Of a stretch of 64,000 nt of DNA, positions 55,031 through 62,628 are shown piece after piece. Where the stretch lies: positions 11,063 to 75,062 of the IMG/VR virus record IMGVR_UViG_3300028920_001037, one strand, 5' to 3'. This DNA is from a virus. Both the position numbers and the translations under genes were made by a program. How positions within the stretch are numbered: the first letter of the stretch is position 1; every line of letters begins with the position of its first letter. The notes below the pieces were generated by a model that saw nothing but the letters and a program-made list of their open reading frames with translations, was not told the DNA's origin and made no database searches.

Positions 55031-55661
55031 TATCTTTATCTCTCATGTGTTGTAGACATACCAAATATCCATTCCTTTCAAAAAGTGCATCAGCAAGAAT
55101 TTCAAACGAAGCATCATCTAAAATCTCTTGACGAATCTTATTACACTTTAAAGTTCTTGTATCATCCAATACAATAATTCTACTTCTATCTTTTAGCTTA
55201 TGAAATTCGGTGTATGTTGAAAACTCACCGCCGTCTAAAATTAATAAGTCTATTGATTCTGGAATCAAGTGTTCAACATTCGGCACGTTCGTACAGTTAT
55301 TAACATCAGTCTTCAACCAACCTTTCTGAATCTCACGAGAATGCTCCACAAAAAACAAATCAGAAACTTCATCAAGATTCAAAAAATCTTGTGGTGTGAC
55401 CAATGTTCCCAAAATCAAATTGAAATTTTCGAGACCCATTGAATTCTTTATGGCTTTATCATACATATTACGGTCTGTTTCTAAAGAATACACCAAATAA
55501 TCTTTCTTACCAGAATCAACAATAGATTGCTCAATACATCTCGTAGAACCCATACCATTCCACATACCAATCTCAAAAATAACACGAACATCATCTTGTT
55601 TCACAATGTCATAAATCATACAACCTAAGCTACTATCAAGATTAATTTGGCCTCTTTCCAT
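55011..55661 (-). CDS. Class I SAM-dependent methyltransferase-like protein
   Basis: FEIG.WNG.GST, SLE, DLLILDGGEF, LDD. Confidence 0.65.
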   Translation of the reverse strand: MERGQINLDSSLGCMIYDIVKQDDVRVIFEIGMWNGMGSTRCIEQSIVDSGKKDYLVYSLETDRNMYDKAIKNSMGLENFNLILGTLVTPQDFLNLDEVSDLFFVEHSREIQKGWLKTDVNNCTNVPNVEHLIPESIDLLILDGGEFSTYTEFHKLKDRSRIIVLDDTRTLKCNKIRQEILDDASFEILADALFERNGYLVCLQHMRDKDNEHNSI

Positions 55662-55719
55662 TAGAAACTCCTATTTCATCAAAAGTAATGTGAAGTTTTT
55701 TGCTAACATATCCATTGAT

Positions 55720-56337
55720 TTAATACTTTCTTTCCTTGATAAAATTATTATATAGTAAAATATCAAAAAAATTGCGTTCTTTTATTTTTTGTTTTTGTTC
55801 TTCTGTCATTACATTTTTTGGCCATCTATTTTTGATAGGGATTGTTATACCATCTTGATTATTACCGCTAATTAAGTATAGTAGTTTTTTAACAGAAACA
55901 TCAAAATCTTCAAATAACCCTACAAAGAAAAAATTATCTAAATTATTTTTACTTTGTTGATATATTTCTTGGTTGACATTATGCCTAATACAGCCTGCTA
56001 TTTGTTGACACGCTAAATTATTAACTTCCCAACAGTTGTTTAAAAATTCATCAAAATCGTTTATATACTTATTCCAAGGATTAGAAGGGTCTCGTTTTAC
56101 CATTTGCCAATAAGACCAACAACGAGAAATAGGTTCTCTTAGAAAAGTAAAATATTTATATTCTTCTGGTGGTCGTAATTTACTAATAGGTCTATGAACT
56201 CCTTGTGCAACATTTATAGTTTTATTCAAAATATCAGGACATTCTTTTATCATATATCTAACTGTTGTTCCACCAGTTTTAGGAATATGGATAAATGCTA
56301 TTTTGTCTACTCCAAACTGATAATCTTCTTTATACAT
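55720..56337 (-). CDS. Sulfotransferase
   Basis: FIHIPKTGGTT, FLREP..R..SY, N..D..LY. Confidence 0.8.
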   Translation of the reverse strand: MYKEDYQFGVDKIAFIHIPKTGGTTVRYMIKECPDILNKTINVAQGVHRPISKLRPPEEYKYFTFLREPISRCWSYWQMVKRDPSNPWNKYINDFDEFLNNCWEVNNLACQQIAGCIRHNVNQEIYQQSKNNLDNFFFVGLFEDFDVSVKKLLYLISGNNQDGITIPIKNRWPKNVMTEEQKQKIKERNFFDILLYNNFIKERKY

Positions 56338-56375
56338 TTCTTAATATCTCCATTTCATATACCATCTCTATTCTT

Positions 56376-57077
56376 TTATTCATAAACTCTCCAATTTAGC
56401 TTTGAATTAGTCCTATTCATCTTTGAATTGCCTCGCACATAAACATGATAGAATAGACCATCTGTCTTAACTTCGGTTAAACTATCTATAATCAATCTGA
56501 ATGAAGAATCCATGCAATGAATTTCACTAGCATTCTCAATCAAATACAAATAGTCAAATATATTTTCAGTCAAACCTTTCTTTGGGAAAAACACTGGCAA
56601 CGAGCTTTGAATTAATTTCCGATTGATTTCATACCCACGACTCACATCATCATGCAAAAAGATGTATTCTCCTTCTACTAGTTCTGTTTTTTCAAACAGT
56701 TTTCTTTCCGCATCCAAATCCCTCTGAACAAAAAAACTATCCCATCGTTTACTAAAGTCAATACCCATTTGAGTATAAAATGCTTCATCAAAGTTTAAAT
56801 GACCGAATCTAAACATCTCTTGGTGCCCGACACGAAATACATTATAGATTTGATTTTGACGTAAATATTGTTCAACTTCAACATCGTTGTTAAAAGGTAG
56901 GACTTCCAAATCTTCTAAGTCTCTAAACATAAACCGAACAGCATTTGCGTTGTGGTGTTTGGCAAAGAGTTTTATAGGCTTTTCAGTTTTATAAAGTTCC
57001 CTAACCAAACCATTACAGATAATATGGTCTCCCAATCCAAGATGATGATATATATAAATCATTATTAAAAATTCCAA
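56376..57077 (-). CDS. Glycosyltransferase-like protein (GT9-like signature)
   Basis: HLGLGD.I..NG, A.EIHC.DSSF; likely start at MIYIY. Confidence 0.55.
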   Translation of the reverse strand: MEFLIMIYIYHHLGLGDHIICNGLVRELYKTEKPIKLFAKHHNANAVRFMFRDLEDLEVLPFNNDVEVEQYLRQNQIYNVFRVGHQEMFRFGHLNFDEAFYTQMGIDFSKRWDSFFVQRDLDAERKLFEKTELVEGEYIFLHDDVSRGYEINRKLIQSSLPVFFPKKGLTENIFDYLYLIENASEIHCMDSSFRLIIDSLTEVKTDGLFYHVYVRGNSKMNRTNSKLNWRVYE

Positions 57078-57661
57078 TCTTTATAATAATATTCAAAATC
57101 TAATTTATAAACAGATTCAATAATAGACTTCATATCATTATCATACAATGAAAGATAATTTGTTGGTTTTTTTGTTGTTTTATTAATATGATATAATTTT
57201 GAATTAACTCCAATTAATTTAGTTAATTTTTTCCAATCTTCTTGCAAATTCTCAAATCTTCCAATAAAATTCATTTCATACTTATCATCCTTTAAATAAT
57301 AATATAAGGGCAAAATATGATAAACTTGATACCCTCCATACTCAACTTTATAATCAATTGATTTTGGAAGATATTTATAAATATTCATTATAAAATCTTT
57401 GAATGTTTTATGTTCTCTTTTAATTATTCTTTCAGTTTCAGTTACTCCTGACATTGCAAAATAAGCTGATGCTATTCTAGTATATGGATTTCTAATGAAT
57501 GCCCATCTTATAAAACTTTTATTAAAATTAGGTCTCCTAGTAATATGATACAAATTCATATGAGCCGCTCCACCCACAAAATATAATCTTTCCATAGATG
57601 ATCCTGCACATTTTGGAACATGAATAAAAACATTTTTATAATTAACATTAATATTGGACAT
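57065..57661 (-). CDS. Sulfotransferase (paralog of 49817-50401)
   Basis: FIHVPKCAGSS, FIRNPYTRIASAY, GRFENLQEDW. Confidence 0.82.
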   Translation of the reverse strand: MSNINVNYKNVFIHVPKCAGSSMERLYFVGGAAHMNLYHITRRPNFNKSFIRWAFIRNPYTRIASAYFAMSGVTETERIIKREHKTFKDFIMNIYKYLPKSIDYKVEYGGYQVYHILPLYYYLKDDKYEMNFIGRFENLQEDWKKLTKLIGVNSKLYHINKTTKKPTNYLSLYDNDMKSIIESVYKLDFEYYYKDWNF

Positions 57662-57676
57662 TTAAATTCTCCCTTA

Positions 57677-58351
57677 TTATATTAGTGGATTTCTTCTATT
57701 TTCATTCAATGGATTATTATATTCGTCAAAAACTTGTCCTATAAACATACCATTATCTAGTTGTATCTGAAAATCTTTTTCATTACCAATTATTTTAATT
57801 AAACTATGTGCTAAATGAATATTTTTAATCTTCGGCCAAACCTTATTATTCAAAAAGTTCTGGTCTAAGTTATAAAATTTCTTGTATTGCGTTTCACCAT
57901 TTTGACTAATAAATTCCCTAACTTTTTCTTTAAAATTTTTTATAGAACCACCAAGACCTCCCCACATTCCACCCTGTATAGGAAGTGTATGACATCTATT
58001 ATCTCTCATAATATGAAACGGTTTTCCAGATTCTATCCATTCTTTAACAGCCAAAGCTTCACGAATGTTTATTCTTGAATCACAATCTCTAACAATAAAC
58101 CTTGAAATACTTTTATCACCAGCCGGATAAAACCTCCAAAACAGTCTTTTAAATCCATCATCCGGTTCCATCATAACAATTTCAGAACCCAACCTTTTTA
58201 ATTCGTCTATAGTCTTTTGTGGAACAGTTTTATCTACATAATACCTACATATCCAATTGGGATATATAAATGGTCTAAGTTTAACATTCTCAATAGCACC
58301 AATATTATATATTGGCAAATCTCCCCATAAACTAAAACTAATTATATTCAT
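57677..58351 (-). CDS. GT-A-like glycan modification protein
   Basis: ISFSLWG, WRF, VRDCDSR..RE..AV.EW, MRD..H...GGMWG, DQ.FL. Confidence 0.62.
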   Translation of the reverse strand: MNIISFSLWGDLPIYNIGAIENVKLRPFIYPNWICRYYVDKTVPQKTIDELKRLGSEIVMMEPDDGFKRLFWRFYPAGDKSISRFIVRDCDSRINIREALAVKEWIESGKPFHIMRDNRCHTLPIQGGMWGGLGGSIKNFKEKVREFISQNGETQYKKFYNLDQNFLNNKVWPKIKNIHLAHSLIKIIGNEKDFQIQLDNGMFIGQVFDEYNNPLNENRRNPLI

Positions 58352-59061
58352 CCTAACAAAGCCTCAATCTTATGTGATTTCTTCTGCCAATGCCTTAGAA
58401 CTCCAGGTATATAAAAGTTTTTCTTGTTACTCATTAAAGTAAAAACTGTAAGACATCTTTCGTGTACATGAGCTCCTAATTTATCATGTTTAAATATTGT
58501 TGTGATAGGATAAAACCAATCAACAAAAGATTTTAAATTATCATAACTTAATGTACGATTAGAAGTTGAACACCAACTATTTTTTCCAGTTGTTTGTATA
58601 TGTTTGTTAATTAATTCCAATACACTAAAACTATAAATTTTTTCAACACTAGATGGAAACCAAGGAGTAGCATATAAAAACAATGGATTGTTTAATGGAT
58701 AAACAACATAACCTATAAAACCTTCTGGATTTCTTCTTAAACAATCTAAATTCTTTTTATAAAAATCTGAATACAAATCAATATCATACTCCAATATAGA
58801 TACATATTTTGTCTTAACTAAATTATTTTTAGCCAATGCATACCAAGATGTAAAACTTACCAGTAATTTATCGTCTTCAATATTATTTGGTAAATCTCTA
58901 CAAATTATAACTTTTTTGTTATTTTTAATTAGATTAGTATCGCCTGAGCCTACAAAAAGGTAACGATATAATGGTAGGTCTGAAAACTTCTTTTTGTTCT
59001 CATAATCAACTATAATGTTTTGGTCATGGCTTACAATGAAGACTTCAAGGTCATCAACCAT
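58348..59061 (-). CDS. Putative glycosyltransferase
   Basis: LEYD, H.HER motifs; first gene of the glycan cluster. Confidence 0.45.
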   Translation of the reverse strand: MVDDLEVFIVSHDQNIIVDYENKKKFSDLPLYRYLFVGSGDTNLIKNNKKVIICRDLPNNIEDDKLLVSFTSWYALAKNNLVKTKYVSILEYDIDLYSDFYKKNLDCLRRNPEGFIGYVVYPLNNPLFLYATPWFPSSVEKIYSFSVLELINKHIQTTGKNSWCSTSNRTLSYDNLKSFVDWFYPITTIFKHDKLGAHVHERCLTVFTLMSNKKNFYIPGVLRHWQKKSHKIEALLG

Positions 59062-59149
59062 AAACTATCCTTTCAAATTAACAACAAGGCATTGGATTCC
59101 TTTTTACTTTAGTCTTAAAGACCTTCTTTAACGAAATTTTCTTAATCAT

Positions 59150-59178
59150 AATATAATATCTTTTTCTATAAATGTCAA
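59150..59178 (-). promoter_or_regulatory. Sigma70-type (early) promoter
   Basis: TTGACA-17bp-TATATT heading the 59-45 kb glycan cluster. Confidence 0.78.
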
Positions 59179-59181
59179 CAG

Positions 59182-59928
59182 TTATTTCCAATTATCTGTT
59201 TTTATTTTTGTTTCAATAGCAAGCTCAACCGAATCAGGTAAACCTGGAAAAAAATCTATATCAGATAAAGCCTGCACATAATCTATAGATCTAACATAAC
59301 TCTTTAAAGGTAATATACCTCTATTATTCGGTATCACAAAAGCAATTCCATGTACATCGTCACCCATTTCAACTATTACCTTATAAAAATGTGTGGGTAT
59401 TATTATACCACTCGTTTCAAGTTTTTCTCTTTCCTTAAACACAGGGCCGCTCACAATATATATAGCATTCTTTTCCTTTGCCCATTTGCGACATTTTTTC
59501 TCTAATCTTTTCCATATACCACGATTGAATGAAGGTTTCTGTGGACTCATATTAGTCATTAAAAATGTTTGATTCATTGAACCTTGTGAATACTTAAAGT
59601 CAGCTGCAGGAACTAAATGACCTCTATCATATCCAGTTCCCCAATAATCCATAGGATAAACAACTTGATTTGCCTTGACTATATTAGAATCTGCTCTAAA
59701 CTTATTCTTTCTTCTTGCTTTACCTTCAAGTTCTTCTGCTCTTAATTCATGAATAGTCCATATAGATTGCTTATACTTATAGCAATATCCTAATGAAAAA
59801 CCTTCATATTCTAATACTTGAACAGGAAGTCTATGACCAAACATGACTTCAGGGTAATATAATTTAATATTACTCTGTCCAAAGCATAAAAATGCTACAG
59901 TTAATAGTATCGAAAATAGTTTAATCAT
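59182..59928 (-). CDS. Secreted DNA/RNA non-specific endonuclease (NucA/EndA family)
   Basis: YDRGHLVPA, NMSPQ...FNRGIW..LE, P.HFYK; signal-like MIKLFSILLTVAFLCFG from ATG 59928. Confidence 0.88.
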   Translation of the reverse strand: MIKLFSILLTVAFLCFGQSNIKLYYPEVMFGHRLPVQVLEYEGFSLGYCYKYKQSIWTIHELRAEELEGKARRKNKFRADSNIVKANQVVYPMDYWGTGYDRGHLVPAADFKYSQGSMNQTFLMTNMSPQKPSFNRGIWKRLEKKCRKWAKEKNAIYIVSGPVFKEREKLETSGIIIPTHFYKVIVEMGDDVHGIAFVIPNNRGILPLKSYVRSIDYVQALSDIDFFPGLPDSVELAIETKIKTDNWK

Positions 59929-60569
59929 GCAAATGTTAAGGCTCGGCGGATCCAACCTTTAAGAAATTTGATTTGTGAGTTATTTTTGACAACCAAATTA
60001 ATATAAAAATCAACTCTTTTTTCCAAATACATTCTTACAATATCTTTTGGTTGTAACTTTTTAACATTTTCAAGTGTCTTAGGACCAACAACTCCATCAG
60101 CTTTAGCATTAACTGACCTTTGTAAGAACTTATTTGCTTGTCTAACACCACAATTAACAGTAGCGTCGAAATGAATCAATGCAACTGCTTTGGGAAGCTT
60201 ATCACATTTTGCCTTCAACCAATAGTTCTCTTTATAAATATCTTCAACTTCTTCATGTGAAATCTTTTTAACGGACTGTACAGGAAGTTTCTTTGACTTA
60301 CGATACTTATCATAGACTTTTTTAATGATACCTTTATTAGTTTCTCCACCAGCGTCATCGGGGTCATTAACATATCCACCCTCAAACCTAAGTACCATTG
60401 CTAAAGCTTGTGGGAAGTTATCTTCTTCATAGTATGATGTTTCTGGTATGCTTATTGTTCCCATATCTACATGCTCTGATGTATTTACTGTTTCTGATAC
60501 TGGGCCTAAATCATCAACTGGTTCCGGAAATATAAAATCTAAAACCTTTTTCAATAAACTCATATTCAA
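59925..60569 (-). CDS. Endolysin, glycoside hydrolase family 108 with PG-binding domain
   Basis: EGGYVNDPDD.GGETN.GI, Y...YW, FD..VN.G, DG.VGP.T, F..GW..R. Confidence 0.88.
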   Translation of the reverse strand: MNMSLLKKVLDFIFPEPVDDLGPVSETVNTSEHVDMGTISIPETSYYEEDNFPQALAMVLRFEGGYVNDPDDAGGETNKGIIKKVYDKYRKSKKLPVQSVKKISHEEVEDIYKENYWLKAKCDKLPKAVALIHFDATVNCGVRQANKFLQRSVNAKADGVVGPKTLENVKKLQPKDIVRMYLEKRVDFYINLVVKNNSQIKFLKGWIRRALTFA

Positions 60570-60575
60570 CCTCCA

Positions 60576-60788
60576 TTAGTCTACTACAAAGAAATTACCT
60601 GGAATAGTATTACCCATCACATTTGTAGCTAAGTCTGCTTGAAAATCATTAACTTTATCTTTACTGATTCTAAAACGAACTTTAAACTCATCATCATCAA
60701 CAACTCTGTACTTGATGTCATTATCGTCAAGTCTTTTTTTAAGTTCATTGTGTGCATCTCTGTTACATGCATTAAACTCTAAATTCAT
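60576..60788 (-). CDS. Hypothetical protein
   Basis: AGGAGG RBS before ATG 60788. Confidence 0.5.
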   Translation of the reverse strand: MNLEFNACNRDAHNELKKRLDDNDIKYRVVDDDEFKVRFRISKDKVNDFQADLATNVMGNTIPGNFFVVD

Positions 60789-60798
60789 ATCAAACCTC

Positions 60799-61137
60799 CT
60801 ATTGTTTTTTTGGAACTCTAACTCTTCCAAGTCTTCTTTTTAACTTGGTTAAAAACTTATCTTTTTCATCTGTAACAACTTTATGTATTCTCTTTTTAAT
60901 CTTAATAACTTCCTTGTTATCCATTGCACCTATATATTTTCTTACCTCGTTATAAATCTTGTCATCGAATGTTCCAAACTGAGGATATAAAGTATCAAGA
61001 TAATTAACTAACTTAATAAGAAAAGCATTATCTAAAGGTTCTTTACCATCATCAGCCATTGTAATCTGCTCTACATATGATGGATCATTTTCATCTTCAT
61101 ATAGATAATCTTCTTTTAAATAATCTAATACAGCCAT
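60799..61137 (-). CDS. Hypothetical protein, putatively capsid-targeted
   Basis: MAVLDYLKE. Confidence 0.5.
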   Translation of the reverse strand: MAVLDYLKEDYLYEDENDPSYVEQITMADDGKEPLDNAFLIKLVNYLDTLYPQFGTFDDKIYNEVRKYIGAMDNKEVIKIKKRIHKVVTDEKDKFLTKLKRRLGRVRVPKKQ

Positions 61138-61138
61138 T

Positions 61139-61741
61139 TTATTCCCCTATTTTTTTATCTAGCAATTCATATATGTATTTATCAAATTTAGGATATAAAG
61201 TTTCGAATAACTCTTTCTTCTTATTTTCATCATCACCTTGAAATATTTCTCTTATTCTAGTTCCCGAAATTGGTTTACCCTCAAAGTTAACAACACTTTC
61301 ATCCTTGCTCAAGATATAAACATAACCATGTTCTTTATATCCATTCATTTGTTTATCATCTTTATAAGATTCAAAATATTTACCTGTATCTACCTTCAAT
61401 CTATCAGCATCCTTGTTACCAACCGCAAAGACTACTGGTGTTTTTTCAGGGTGTTTACTAGTTATTTCAATTGCTATATATGGATTCTTTACCTGAACAA
61501 CCTTATCTTCCGGTATATCAAACATTGTAGTTATTATTTTCTTCTTTTCATCGAAAGAAAATGGACTGTTTGGCGGTACAATCTTATTACTTGTTGCAAC
61601 ATATACATTATCTTTTCCAAACTTATTTACCAGGCTCTGATATGATTTATAATGACCTGCATGGAATGGATGAAATCTTCCAGGATAAATAACTATAAGG
61701 TTATTATTAGCTTCAGTAAAATAATGTTTTAAAAAACTCAT
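61139..61741 (-). CDS. HxGH cytidylyltransferase-like nucleotidyltransferase
   Basis: YPGRFHPFHAGH, SPF.F.EK, VG.KD..R, ISGT.IR; N-terminus MSFLKHYFTE. Confidence 0.78.
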   Translation of the reverse strand: MSFLKHYFTEANNNLIVIYPGRFHPFHAGHYKSYQSLVNKFGKDNVYVATSNKIVPPNSPFSFDEKKKIITTMFDIPEDKVVQVKNPYIAIEITSKHPEKTPVVFAVGNKDADRLKVDTGKYFESYKDDKQMNGYKEHGYVYILSKDESVVNFEGKPISGTRIREIFQGDDENKKKELFETLYPKFDKYIYELLDKKIGE

Positions 61742-62628
61742 AATATATTTTCCTGTTTATATTTTTTAACAACATTTGAAACAGAAGCCTTACAACAATC
61801 CAACTGTTTAGATATATCTATTTGGCTTATTCCACTTTTATATAAATCAATAATTTTAATTTTATTAATTGGTTTTCTATTTTTTCTAGCCTCTCTAAGA
61901 GCCTTTTTGTGTTCATTTGTTTTAATTTTATTTTTTAAACTATTAGATATTTTATTACGAGTATCACTAGAAACAACATGACCTTTAAGACCATCTGATA
62001 ATTTTTTATAATATTCTGGATTAGATAAAACATTAACCATCGCTTCTTTAGTTTTTTGTGATATTTTATTTCGAACTTCTTCAGTTTTCATTATATCAGA
62101 ATGTTTAGAATTTCTAATTCCTTTACTTATATTATCTTTAGTTTTTTGACTTCTTTTTCTTCCTGTGTGTGTTTTCTTAGCATTTTCTGATAACCATCCT
62201 TTTTTATCATTATCCGACCACATGTGTTTACCTTTATTCCATGGTGTTATCTTTGTTAATCTTGCTTTTAATTTATTAGACATTTCTATTCCATATATTT
62301 CTTCCCACGATTTTCCTTTGCGTTTTTTTCTATTAATCTCTGAAGTTATACTATAATCACTACTACCTTTTAAAATATTATATCCTTTATTCGGATTTAT
62401 AGAATCATAAACATCAATCCAATATATTTCTTTATCAATAACATTATTTATATTACAATATTCAAGTATTTCTCTTTTAAAATTTTCTCTACCATATTTT
62501 CTAATATCTTTCTTAATTTTATTACCTGAACCCAAATAATTATCATTATCTTTATTATGTCTACCAATATAAATTAGACCATTTATCAAATTTGTGGTTT
62601 TATAAATTATCAAATTATCATCTACCAT
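61738..62628 (-). mobile_element. Free-standing GIY-YIG (Seg-like) homing endonuclease
   Basis: IIYKTTNLINGLIYIG, YLGSG, FKREILE, GYN; NUMOD3-like repeats; C-terminal HTH. Confidence 0.88.

Noticed and set aside
59078-59149. 23-aa mini-ORF MIKKISLKKVFKTKVKRNPMPCC upstream of the glycan cluster, a possible leader peptide
   Set aside because: Its ATG abuts the -10 box, upstream of the expected transcription start, and it has no RBS or attenuator hairpin.
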